From the NCBI GenBank assembly GCA_041389145.1, contig JAWKSK010000003.1, positions 128 to 64,127 on the forward strand: a DNA stretch of 64,000 nucleotides, given 5' to 3'. The translations under genes and the position numbers were made by a program. Origin of the DNA: Patescibacteria group bacterium (lineage in GTDB: Bacteria > Patescibacteriota > Kazan-3B-28). Every line of letters begins with the position of its first letter. Position 1 is the first letter of the stretch. A model generated the notes under the pieces. It was not told where the DNA came from, did not search any database, and was given only the letters and a program-made list of their open reading frames with translations. Shown here piece after piece: positions 22,008-32,587 of this stretch.

Positions 22008-24239
22008 AGTTCTTCCGTATTGAGCGAGGAATTGGATTGCAGCTGATTTTAACTCGGGGTTTATCTCAACAGATTTACGGGTAGCGGTTACCGCCTTATC
22101 TAGCTGATTGATATTTGCATAAGCAACAGCCAGGTTAATCCACTCCTCAGCTATTTCTCCCCTACTGGTACGTACAAGCTGTTCCTGAAGCAGGACAACC
22201 AGATCCCAACGTTCTATTTCTGCAAGGCGCTTATTGAATTCATGGATGATTTGATAAGGCATGTCCTTAGAGGCGATGATAGCAAGGTCGTTTCTGTGAC
22301 TAGCTGCTTCAATGCTCTCAATCACTGCTTCAGTGGAATCACCGTCGAATTGACGGAGGGCTGCTTGCCACAGGTAGGTGCCCCGAGGTGGTTCTGGACT
22401 TGTTATCAGATTATCGATGACTGATTTTGCTTCATCGAATCGTTCAGCACTCATCAACATCCTGACCCAGAATAAATCTAGATATGGGTTATCCGGGTTC
22501 CAAGCCTTAATCTCTTCGAATGATGAGCGCATCAATGGAAGATACGTGTCTGCATCTATGGTTGATAGATGGGCATAAAGGACGGGACGATCTAATAAAA
22601 TATAGTCTCGATTAAAGACATCTCCAATCTGATTTAATACTCCAAGACTGTTATGGATTACCTCCTGGTATTTCTCAGAGTCTGAATCAATGAGAGTAAG
22701 CGCATATGCTTCACTGATTTGTGAATGACGGCGAATAAGCTCGTAATAGTATGGGGTGCGGTGGTAGCGATCTTGGATCTGATCGATGGTTTCATATGCC
22801 TCTTGTGTAAACCCATGATTACTGTAGTTTAGAGCCTTGTCTGAGAGAATAGCTGGTCCAATGGTTGGGATCATGTAACGAACTGCAATGAATAAGTAGA
22901 CCAGTAGCATTAAGAATGGTAGCCAGTTGTAGATGTACTTGGAATGTACAGCAGTAGCTTTGGTGGTGTGATAGATCAGATAGGCCACCAGCATGATAGC
23001 GTAGATTGCAGTAACGACAACGTTAAAGGAGAATTGAAGCGCGACTAGGTATCCCAACAAACTAGCGATGACTGCCGAAATCTCTATGCGAGATTGGGAG
23101 GATAGGTTGCTGTTGAGGTAGTGCTTGAATGCAAGGTATGCACCAGTTAAGACCGCAATTAGTGAGGTGATTAGACTTAGCCATCCACCATTAACTGCTT
23201 GTTGAAGGAAGGTGTTGTGAATTCTATCACTAGTGGCTTCGTTGAATCCAACTACTGAGCTTGAAAGCTGGTAATGTTCCTGAAGTGCAATCTGAGTGTT
23301 TTCCCAACCATATCCAAAAGGACGTGCAAGCAAGCTTTCCCATGCAGAACGATAGAAACCGAAACGACTAATAGTGGTTGGGTGGTTGAGGTAGTATTCC
23401 ACTAATGACTGACCATTAAGTAGTGGGAGGAAGACAATTACAGTTGCCAACAGAATGGCTCCGAGAGTAATTAGCCATAGAGTCTTGGCGGTCCAACGAT
23501 ACCTAATGCCTAGATAGAGGAGGGTGAAGATGAAGAGTGTAGCAATAAGCGCAACAATACCACCGGTACTTTGAGTCCAAATAATAATAAGGATAGACAG
23601 CAAGGCGCCAAATCCCCAGAATAGCTTCTTCCAGATAGCAGGATGAAGGATTGCTTGATACATCAGCAACGGAAGACCCAGGACCATAAAGGAAGCAGTG
23701 TAGACCCGGTTACCAAGCAAAGATGAGATGTATCCGTCTTCTGCAACATAGACTAGACCCGGGATAAGTTTTTGTAAGAGACCGTAGAAGGCCATAATCC
23801 AGGCAATCCAACCTAGTGCCAAAAGTAGCTGACGCCAACCGGATTCAGACCTAATGGATAAAAGGAGGAAAACTAAGAAGACATAGAGGCTGGACCAGAA
23901 AATAAGGCCATCTCCACGGGAAACAGAACCCCAAATGCTTTGATAAAGATTAACTCCCATGATGGAGCTAATCCAGGCGATCAACAAACCAAGTGTAGTT
24001 AGTAAAAATAGTGGGTGCTTCCACCAAACAGCAGTCGTTGTGTTAGGTTTTGGTTTAGCAAAAGCCAGGTAGGTACCATATAGAACAGGAATGGCTAAGA
24101 CAAATACCAACATCCTCCTAAAGGTAAATGGGATCGGGAAGTTGGGCGTAGGTCTGGATAAATACGAGCTAGAGAAAACCCAGAAAACTAATGTAGCGGT
24201 TGGATTATCGGCAATGGTTTTCCAGGTTTTTTGTAACAT
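22002..24239 (-). CDS. O-antigen ligase/polymerase-like polytopic membrane protein with a C-terminal TPR-like domain
   Basis: About 12 TM segments in the N-terminal 450 aa, including a Wzy_C-like loop region. The C-terminal 280 aa is helical-repeat. Confidence 0.6.
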   Translation of the reverse strand: MLQKTWKTIADNPTATLVFWVFSSSYLSRPTPNFPIPFTFRRMLVFVLAIPVLYGTYLAFAKPKPNTTTAVWWKHPLFLLTTLGLLIAWISSIMGVNLYQSIWGSVSRGDGLIFWSSLYVFLVFLLLSIRSESGWRQLLLALGWIAWIMAFYGLLQKLIPGLVYVAEDGYISSLLGNRVYTASFMVLGLPLLMYQAILHPAIWKKLFWGFGALLSILIIIWTQSTGGIVALIATLFIFTLLYLGIRYRWTAKTLWLITLGAILLATVIVFLPLLNGQSLVEYYLNHPTTISRFGFYRSAWESLLARPFGYGWENTQIALQEHYQLSSSVVGFNEATSDRIHNTFLQQAVNGGWLSLITSLIAVLTGAYLAFKHYLNSNLSSQSRIEISAVIASLLGYLVALQFSFNVVVTAIYAIMLVAYLIYHTTKATAVHSKYIYNWLPFLMLLVYLFIAVRYMIPTIGPAILSDKALNYSNHGFTQEAYETIDQIQDRYHRTPYYYELIRRHSQISEAYALTLIDSDSEKYQEVIHNSLGVLNQIGDVFNRDYILLDRPVLYAHLSTIDADTYLPLMRSSFEEIKAWNPDNPYLDLFWVRMLMSAERFDEAKSVIDNLITSPEPPRGTYLWQAALRQFDGDSTEAVIESIEAASHRNDLAIIASKDMPYQIIHEFNKRLAEIERWDLVVLLQEQLVRTSRGEIAEEWINLAVAYANINQLDKAVTATRKSVEINPELKSAAIQFLAQYGRTL

Positions 24240-25366
24240 AGTTAGGACCTCAGGTTAGCACCGGCTTGAGCAAATCAGCGTTTGGGGCGTTGTGGTCAAT
24301 TGCGAACTGATACCACTCAATCGCTTTTTGGTTGTTATTTATATCCTGGTAATAAGAAGCCAAGGTAGTTGGGTGAAGTGGGTGTCGTCGGTACTGCTTG
24401 GTGGCGGGATGTAAGTGCATCCTCAAAGACCTTGCGTTGGTTCATTAGGTGGACCAGTTTGTATGTATCTACAATATCGGTAAAGAGATGGAAGTAGATA
24501 ACGATGGCGTTATTGGCACGTAAGAAATAGGTTTGAGCCGCCCTGATACTTACCCTCTTGCAATGCGATGTTATAAGTCCCTTGTTAGCATGGTAGATAG
24601 TTGGACTATCGGCAGGTGCTTTAATTAGAGTTCTTTGTAAAGCTGTTTAGCCTCACCCAGGTTATCGTTATCTTGTTGCTCAATTGCGATTCCTACCAAT
24701 TCGACAGGCTCTTCTGGTAGTCCATCCAGGCAGGAACGTATTTATTCAAAGGAACTCTGGCTACTACGAGCGTGAGAAATCAGTAGACCAACTACAATAA
24801 AGTAGGCGTTTAACTTATTGGTTAAGAAGTTGTTCACGGATTTGAAGATATGAATTTACTGTAGCACTGTCCCTATCCGGTCGTAGAACTTGATTAAGTC
24901 TTCTCGATGACTACGTGGAATCTGGATTGGATTGTTTCTTCTTCACTCCTATCATTCAGAATACCTTTCCTGAAGGTAGTCATCTCTTTTTTGCCTTCAG
25001 CATTCAAGGGCAGAGATCGAGATAGAGGGTTACAAGGCTACGGTATGCCTGCTCGTAATCTGATTGGCGATTGATAGCTTATTTTTGTAAGTGCCGAGCG
25101 CCTTCTCTGGTTAGCATTATCATTGCAGACGTTACCAAGATTGTTCCAAGCTTCTGGGATTGTTCTTGTTTGAACCTCTTGGTGATTATACTGTTCGAGG
25201 GCAACACGGATGTTACCGGAACTGTATGCAGATTTTAGCATTATCTAAAGCCCTGCTGACTATTGTTGCTGGTAATAATAGCAACCAAACCTCTGATCAC
25301 TAAGATGCCAAGAAGACCGTATATCCACTGTTGTTGGCTTAGTTAAGTTCTTAAACTGTTTCATAT
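24240..25366 (-). pseudogene. TM-anchored TPR-repeat protein, frame-disrupted
   Basis: ATG at 25366 (MKQFKNLTKP..), an anchor in a shifted frame and TPR text such as IPEAWNNLGNV. Multiple frame changes. Confidence 0.45.
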
Positions 25367-25512
25367 GGTAAGAGTTGGTATTCCAGAATTTTACGACAGT
25401 GGGCCCCGAGTTGTCTCGAGGCCCATAGGTCAGATTTGAGCTATCTGAGAGCTGTTACAAGTCTAGAGAAACTAGACGCTCATTCCGAAGGAAGAGAGTG
25501 GGAAGTTCTTGA

Positions 25513-28500
25513 TCAAGTAACCGTTGGTCCAGTCAGCAGATGATTCTCAACGACACCATCAGCATCGAAGGCTGAAGCGTGGGAAGTTGCGGAAAGATCA
25601 GACCAAATAAACTCAACGTCTGAGGTATCCTGTGTACCATCGGCTTTTGAAGAAGAACATTGACTATAGTTGCGTTGGTTTCCGGCATCAGACAAGTGCA
25701 TGTCGTCAGTTGGATCGGTGCGTCACCGAGCAAGACGACGGATACGGCGGTCGTCAAAGCCAGAAACCAGCTCCTGCGGAAGCGCGAAGAGGTAGGTGTT
25801 GGTTACACCAGCATCAATAAGCTCTTCACCACCGTTAACTGAGTAAGTCATCAAATGCTACCTGAATGGTAGAAGTACCATCGGTAATGCGTTTGTTGAC
25901 TACAGCAGTTACAGGAGATGAACTGGTAATGTCAGAAATCTGAGCAGAACTTGCAGATAACCTGGTAAAGTACCACGAAGAATTGACTTACCGTTTGTAA
26001 AGAATTAGTAGTACCGTTATCAGCGGATTGCGATGGTTGAACCCAATGCCTGATGGCAACTCCACCACCACCAGCAACACCTGTTTCCTACGCTATCAGC
26101 GGTGACCTCGAATCTGTAAAGATCCTGGGTACCACCTGGGTGATAACGTTAGACAAACCAGTAGTGTCTCGAGTGACAGTAAGGTTTGGTCTGTAAAGAA
26201 TGGTGTTCTGCTGTTGAGACCAGCACCATCAGATACAGATTACTGGTGTTAAAGTCTAGATCAGTAGTTCCTGAGGAAATACCGGTAGCCTTAACATTGG
26301 AGCCGTTAGTATCTTCCATGGTGATTGTGATTTCATCAGCGAAATCTGCTGGTTCACCACCTGAATTGATCTTGAAGAAGGTAGCCTTTAGGGTGACAAA
26401 TCTTTTGAGCTGTCATCCTTGCGAGATAACCCTGCAAGTTCTGGAAGTTTACAGTTGTACCACTCACAGCGTGGCAGTCTTGGTTGCAGTACCGTTTTGG
26501 GTTGGGTAGGTCAAACAAAGACTTGGATACTATCTTCACCGCCAGAGGTGGTAATGTCACCAAGGTTGTCGAGTGAATACTTCGTCAGTAGCGGTAAGCT
26601 TCCAAGCACCAACGAGGTTGCGCAGCGCTCAGCAATAAGGATCTGGGATGCTGGGCTAGATGAGTCAATAGTAGCGGTTATCGAACACTTGCTGAGACGG
26701 TCATAATACCACCAGCACCAGAGGTTGATTCAGAAATGTCTGAACCAGTGTCGGCACCAGTTGCTGTTGCAGCGCTCACAGAAATTTTATGAGTACCGTT
26801 AGCAGTTGCACCAGATGCCAAGTCACCAACGAAGGCAACCTGGATTGATCCACCCTTAGGAACAACAATGGTTGTGCTTAAGGTGAATGCGTGGGTGTCG
26901 GAAACTCCTCCACCACCAGTTGGCTGATCTGGACCAGCTACTAGGGTTTCGTAGGTACCGTTGTCATCGAGGTCAGCCCATAATTCGGCGTTGTCGATGT
27001 CTGCCATGTCAGCAGTAGTACCGTCAAGAGTGTCGGTTACAGTTACAGTAGATACAAGTACGTCTTCACCAGAATCACCTGCGTCGAAGCTGAATGTGCT
27101 CCAGACGTAGTCATTGGTGTTAACAATTACGTTGCTGTCTGCTGGGTTACCAATGGTGTCGATATCAAGATCTCCAACCTTAACAGTCTGGGTGTTACCA
27201 GTTACTGAGAAGGAACCACCTGCTGTGATGGTGTCGTTGGTTACGAAACCACGAGCGGTAACGTCAGCAGCTGCGTTTACTTCAACAGCGACAGTTTCAG
27301 CACCTGCGGTAGAAGCTACACGTACACGTACGGTGTAACCATGAGTTCCAACAGGAATGATGAAGGTGTCAGTGAAGGCAACGTGTGAGTTTGAAGCTAC
27401 ATCCTTAGGACCTGCGACGATGTTACCGTTTTCGTCGTAAAGACGAACGTTGGTAACTTCGGCGATTTCAAGTCCACCAGAGGTGTCAGCAGAGGCGTCA
27501 AGGTCGGTTGAACCGTTGACGGTGAAGTCAAGTTCAAGAGCAGTGACACGTACTGATTCACCACGAGCTTCGAAGTTGAAGGTTGCCAATGCTTGGTTGT
27601 CAGCAGCGGCAATGTTTCCAGTAGGAGCAGTGTTAGCTGCCTTGGAAATGGTCAAGCTACCGGAGTTAATTGTCTGGTTGCTTGAACCCTTACCTTCGTC
27701 GGATCCACCTGCTGGGTCGGTCCAAGAACCGGAAGAACCAGTGATGTAGAATCCGTAAGTTTGACCCTTAACGTTGGCCAAAACGTCAGTACCGTCAACT
27801 AAGTCGACGTTTACAGTCTGACCGGAGCCAGAAACAATGTCGAGACGGACTAAGAAACGGTAGGTACCACCCTTGTCAACGTTGAGGTTGAGGTTGGTGA
27901 AGGTTGCCTTGTCACCGCTCCATGTAGTGACTGTACCAAGAGACTTGTTCTCGGTTACAGACCACAATTCGATGTTCTTGGTGTCAGCAGAGGAAGCAGA
28001 ACCTGCGCGATCCACAGTAATGGATTCAACAGTGATTGCTTCTACTGAACCAGCGCTAACCTTGAAACGGTTAACTACAACATCCTCGTCACCAGCATCT
28101 GGAGTATCGTCAACGGTTGTACCGTCAGCGTCCCAAGTAGCGGTTCCGATTTCAAGAGTAACAACAGTCATTGCGTTACCCCATACAGGAAGGCTTCCGC
28201 CTACTGTACCAGCGATAGAAACGTCGGATGCAGATGCAATACCGAGTCTTACAGTCTTACCAGCGGAAGTACCATCTACGATACCTGCACGAATGTAGGC
28301 TTCAGTAGTGGAGTTAGCTGGCAAGGTGATTGCTGGGGAGAAGTAAAGTAATGCGCGGTTGTCGGTATTGAAGGAAGCTGGAGAGTTCCAAGGAGTTCCA
28401 TCCATACCTACAAGCTTGACGTTCTCGACGTCAGAGTTGAGGGAAAGTCCATCACGAGTGACGTAGAGTTGGTTCAAGGTTGCTGGAGCAGAACCGGTGG

Positions 28501-29229
28501 TGAAAGCAACTTTTGTGAAGTTTGCGTTTGCACCGTCGGCAATGCTAGCGGATGGTGGGGTACCAGAAGCTAAGGAAACGTTTACGTTACCAGAAGCTAC
28601 TGGAGTGGAGCCACCACCTACCTGGATGTTCCAGAAGATGGTACCACCACCCATACCACCAAGGTTGTTGTTAGGGCCACCAGCGCCTGGTCCAGGAGCA
28701 TCTCCTAACCATGCGTCGTATTCCTGTACAACACCTACAGCGTATTTATAAGTACCAGGACCAAGATCGGACTTCAACTTAAGACTCCAGTTGAAGGTTA
28801 AGTTTTGACCTGGGAATACTGAGAACCAGATTCGAATAGTAAAACGGTTGTTGTTTACGAATGGACCACCGTAGTTGAAGTCAATGAAACTAAAGACTTC
28901 GTCGTTGGTAGCACCAACACGTAATTCATGAGCGCCTACATAGCGAGCAGCTTCATCAGTAAGATCAGCTGCACTGTAGAAGACGTCAGTTGGGAGGTGT
29001 TCTGACCGTTAACGAAAAGTTCAGAACATCATTCGCATTAGCGTTCACGACAGTAGCACCGTTTACAGCACCATCATTAGGAAGCTGTGAAACATGCTTT
29101 GCACTCAGAGGTGTTACCACGTGATTCGAATGCGAAGGCCTGAGGAATGAATGAGAATGCAGTTACGACTGCAACAGTCATTACCCAAGCAATTGCTTTA
29201 GAAGTTCTTTGAAAAGCTAAGCTATTCAT
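25513..29229 (-). pseudogene. Roughly 1240-aa repetitive T/V/G/S/D-rich surface (S-layer or adhesin-like) protein; intact core 26678..about 28990, both ends frameshifted
   Basis: Signal peptide MNSLAFQRTSKAIAWVMTVAVVTAFSFIPQAFA at 29229. The core has tandem Ig-like modules (e.g. EDVVVNRFKVSAGSVEAITVESITVD, NQALATFNFEARGESVRVTALELDF). The same module style continues 3' of the stop at 26678 in other frames (NLVGAWKLTATDEVF, LDNLGDITTSGGEDSIQVFV) down to 25513. Confidence 0.6.
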
Positions 29230-29283
29230 CAGTTAATTATTCTCTATAAGGTCTATATAGTTTGTTTTAGGTTGAAATGTAAT

Positions 29284-30306
29284 TTACCTTAGTGACTGAT
29301 TTTGGTCACCATCGACCCTAGGTAAAGATTCTTCTATCTTGGTGGGTAATTCCCACACAAGCTTGCTATCAATGAATACTTTGGAAACCTGGAACCCAGT
29401 ATTAGTAGCGCTACCTGAAATGGAGACGTTTGCACTACCGATATATTGGGACAGGCTTCCGGCTGGAAGGTTGCTAAAGATAATAATTGCCTGATCTGTC
29501 TTTAAAGCAGGCACTCCAGCTGCGGTTATCAAGGTACCAGTTGGCTTAGAAGTAGCAGGAGGTGTCTGAGTTGGCTGAGTTACGGCAGTAGCTACAGTCT
29601 GAGTAGGACTGGTAGTAGGTTTATTTTCTGTTGGAAGAAGGGCGTCTAATTCGTTACGAAGCTCGACTATCCCCTTCTGGACGGTCTCATCACCGATCTG
29701 ATCTTTGACGATAGTGGCGAGGAGATCTTTTTGGGAACCAATAATAGTTGCCAATTTCGCAGTTAAAGCTGCGGCATCTTCGGTATCATCTAAAGATGCT
29801 AGGGCAGTTTGGACTTCAGCTAAGGCTTTACGAGAATCTGCTAAAGCTATCTGAAGTACCCGAGGATCTGTGCTTTGCAATTGGTCTAAACGGTTAGAGG
29901 CAATAGAAAGCTTTAATTCGGCTTTCTTTGCAGGATCTGCTACCAGAGCTACCTGAACGTCTTCCATCGCCTTACGGACAGTGTAGAGGACGCCTGCGCC
30001 AGGTTGTGCGTTTAAGGCGAAAGCCCCAGTAGTAACGGTAAGAGCAAATGCGCTCAAAACAATACCTAAAGTAGCTGGAACACCGAAACTGACTCGTTGT
30101 GGTTTAAAGATAGTGAGCAGCTTTTGAAGAGGCATGACCAGGCCATCTACTTCAGTTTTGGTTTGGACAGCATCGATTAGATCGAGCTGACCCATCTTCT
30201 TAAATAGTTGATCACGTACTCGCTGGCGAGCAGTAAGAGAAAGCTGGGCATCTTTACCTAAGATGCTTAGCTCTTTCACCAGATTGTCAGTTGGAATACG
30301 TGACAT
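29284..30306 (-). CDS. DUF5667-type single-pass membrane protein (putative anti-sigma partner)
   Basis: TM VPATLGIVLSAFALTVTTGAFAL followed by a helical domain and a T/P-rich linker. Lies directly downstream of the ECF sigma gene. Confidence 0.55.
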   Translation of the reverse strand: MSRIPTDNLVKELSILGKDAQLSLTARQRVRDQLFKKMGQLDLIDAVQTKTEVDGLVMPLQKLLTIFKPQRVSFGVPATLGIVLSAFALTVTTGAFALNAQPGAGVLYTVRKAMEDVQVALVADPAKKAELKLSIASNRLDQLQSTDPRVLQIALADSRKALAEVQTALASLDDTEDAAALTAKLATIIGSQKDLLATIVKDQIGDETVQKGIVELRNELDALLPTENKPTTSPTQTVATAVTQPTQTPPATSKPTGTLITAAGVPALKTDQAIIIFSNLPAGSLSQYIGSANVSISGSATNTGFQVSKVFIDSKLVWELPTKIEESLPRVDGDQNQSLR

Positions 30307-30474
30307 TTAGTAATTGGAATTATGTATAAAAATTAAAATTGATCTAAACGGTTGAGAAGTCGATGTATAACTGATAAGAGTTATGGTTTTATAGCCATGG
30401 TGGCTATGTCCCCCATTCTTGACTCCCCAAAAATCTGTTTAGACCCTTAGGAAAACTGGTTTTTAGCGAAGGTA

Positions 30475-31050
30475 TTAACCTTCTAATATCTCTCTGAGCT
30501 TTTTAAGTGCCCGAGAGGTAATGGCACGAACATTATCTTCCTTCTTGCGAACAATCTGAGCCACCTTAGAGATGGAGTGTCCATCTACAAAGCGTAAACG
30601 GAGAACTTTTTCATATTCAGCTGGCAACTGGGTAAGGGCTTTATCTAGGTCAGTGGCTTCTTGGTAGATTTCATCTCCTTCAAGATCGGCGATTTCTGGA
30701 AGATCATCGAAAGAGATTTCAGTAGTTTTGGTAGCTCGATAGTGATCGATGATGGTGTTGCGAGCTACAGTGTAGAGCCAGGTACTAAATTTAGCGTTTG
30801 CCTGTGGCCGATACTGATGAATGCGTTCCCAAGCTTTTAAGAAAACTTCGGAAGTAATGTCCTCGGCAGTTGGTGCGTCTTTAACCTTGATGTAGATAAA
30901 GCGATAAACTTTAGTGGCCCAAATGTCATAGATTTGACCAAAGGCCTGCTCATCACCTTTTTGAGCATCAATAACTAAATTAGCTTCGACATTGTTAGTG
31001 TCGACTGCCGATTCGCGTTGTAACTGTACATCACCCATGTGGGTGTTCAT
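30475..31050 (-). CDS. ECF-type sigma-70 family RNA polymerase sigma factor
   Basis: Region 2 (FGQIYDIWATKVYRFIY...DITSEVFLKAWE...STWLYTVARNTIIDHYR) and region 4 (LPAEYEKVLRLRFVDGHSISKVAQIV...RALKKLR). Confidence 0.85.
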   Translation of the reverse strand: MNTHMGDVQLQRESAVDTNNVEANLVIDAQKGDEQAFGQIYDIWATKVYRFIYIKVKDAPTAEDITSEVFLKAWERIHQYRPQANAKFSTWLYTVARNTIIDHYRATKTTEISFDDLPEIADLEGDEIYQEATDLDKALTQLPAEYEKVLRLRFVDGHSISKVAQIVRKKEDNVRAITSRALKKLREILEG

Positions 31051-31214
31051 TAGTTATAACGATATAAAGGCCCATTTTGTGACAGAATGGACTATAAAAC
31101 TGCTTTGAGAGCTGTAAAACTCGATTTGAGCTATTTGCTTGTAACATCAGCAAAATTAGTAGCTAACGAGAAAAATTATGCCAGTTTTTGTGTTTTTTTG
31201 CAAGTTGTTATAGT

Positions 31215-31250
31215 AAAAAGCTCCCTATGACAGGTGTCATGGGAGCTTTT
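31215..31250. terminator. Strong bidirectional hairpin terminator
   Basis: AAAAAGCTCCCTATGACA-gg-TGTCATGGGAGCTTTT. Confidence 0.7.
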
Positions 31251-31404
31251 AAGAAATCGGTATATGGTACAGGCTAGTTTTAACTTGGTGTATCTCGGTT
31301 CTAGCAACCGTGAGTTCCCACTAACGCAGGGCTGCGATCCAGTTTCTCTACTCTCCGTAGAATAGGCATGGATTGCCTGATAATTTTCGACCAACAAATA
31401 GAGC

Positions 31405-31803
31405 TTAGGCTTTTAACTCTATAGTCGGAGGGCGCTCTGCGGTGGGATGACGATGCGATACTATAAACCCGTAAGATTTAGTATCCCCTTCAGACGGGAT
31501 GTCATCGTACTTGGCCTTGTAATTAATATCTGTCTCTAGAATATAATCCGAGGTCCAGATTTTAAACAACACCCACTTTGCGTCATCATCCCACTTCCAC
31601 ACCTCTCCTTTTCCATACCCTCCGGGCTGGTGATCAAGAAGTGTTACCTGGTTGGTGAATGGAAGCTGGCCCATCAACCATCTCCAACCCTCCTCCTCCA
31701 GTAATAAGCACCTATCACTCTCCATGACAAGCAAACCAAGAAGCTCCTGGTTATGAACCTGACAAAAGCTGGTGATGGTATTCAGAAGATTCGTTTTGGC
31801 CAT
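31405..31803 (-). CDS. Orphan hypothetical protein (GC-rich island)
   Basis: 132 aa with strong RBS AAAGGAGG 6 nt before the ATG. No family recognised. W/D-rich (GEVWKWDDDAKWVLFKIW). Confidence 0.6.
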   Translation of the reverse strand: MAKTNLLNTITSFCQVHNQELLGLLVMESDRCLLLEEEGWRWLMGQLPFTNQVTLLDHQPGGYGKGEVWKWDDDAKWVLFKIWTSDYILETDINYKAKYDDIPSEGDTKSYGFIVSHRHPTAERPPTIELKA

Positions 31804-31892
31804 GTTAGGCCTCCTTTTTAGGTAGTGTAAGCAAATTTATCTGCTCTGCAGAAAGCCGGGTTTTTATATCCGACATTCTGCAAGGTGACCGA

Positions 31893-32390
31893 CTATACTT
31901 CCAGGTAGCGTACTACTAGCACGCTCCCTGAACATATGTATCCATGGTCATTCCGTCCTGGATCAGTCTGCGAGATGACCAGGGATCCATCGGGGTTGGC
32001 ATAGGCGCACACAATAGTTTTACCCATTGCGTCGACAGCACGGATTGGCCATGGGCCATACTCGCCGTTTTCACCGGAGCCACGAGTGAGACCCACCACA
32101 CTTCCGGGATGTGACTGTACCCAATTGATGAACTCACGAGGACTTGCCGGCAGCATCCCCTCAGAGGCCATGTTACTCATCAATTCTGCGTTAGTTGCGC
32201 CATAAGCTAGCGAAATTGCAACCAACTCCCGATTGTACAGACTATCAAGATAGAGCCATCCATCTGGTGGACCAGCCTCTTCGGGCACGTGATACGCATC
32301 CGGAATGAACCCATCAAAGACAAATTCATTCTCTGGGAATTTCACTGGATCCGCGTGAACCGGAAAACCAAAACGATCGATGATATCCAT
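31893..32390 (-). CDS. Orphan hypothetical protein (GC-rich island)
   Basis: 165 aa with RBS GAAGGAG 6 nt before the ATG. A 100-nt sample counted 54% GC versus 33% in a sample of the adjacent TrmB-like gene. Confidence 0.6.
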   Translation of the reverse strand: MDIIDRFGFPVHADPVKFPENEFVFDGFIPDAYHVPEEAGPPDGWLYLDSLYNRELVAISLAYGATNAELMSNMASEGMLPASPREFINWVQSHPGSVVGLTRGSGENGEYGPWPIRAVDAMGKTIVCAYANPDGSLVISQTDPGRNDHGYICSGSVLVVRYLEV

Positions 32391-32551
32391 TGCGCACTCC
32401 TTCGATTGGAAAATCTCTCACAAATTATCAAGGCTTGAAGAATGTAGTTGGCTCTAGGAGCGGATTTCTTCTTACTTTAATGTTGCTAGTATAGTTTAAA
32501 TTTGTAAAAACGTCAATTCTATTTAACACTTTCGGCTTATATTTATGCTCG

Positions 32552-32581
32552 TTGACAAGTTAATAACAGATATGATATATT
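32552..32581 (+). promoter_or_regulatory. Sigma-70-type promoter for the TrmB-like gene (probably a leaderless transcript)
   Basis: TTGACA (32552-32557), an 18-nt spacer, then TATATT (32576-32581). The GTG start at 32588 is only 6 nt downstream. Confidence 0.55.
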
Positions 32582-32587
32582 AAAAGT

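Noticed and set aside
3657-29229. Alternative genetic code (UGA or UAG reassignment) as the cause of the fragmented ORFs
   Set aside because: Hand translation shows that the interruptions are frame changes, not in-frame stops. TGA, TAG and TAA all terminate well-conserved genes at the expected lengths (e.g. ruvB ends in TGA, the giant gene in TAG). An 8-kb ORF is intact under the standard code.
31176-31397. A 73-aa minus-strand ORF
   Set aside because: It runs straight through the strong bidirectional terminator hairpin at 31215-31250 and lies in the 3' UTR of the orphan operon. It has no RBS.
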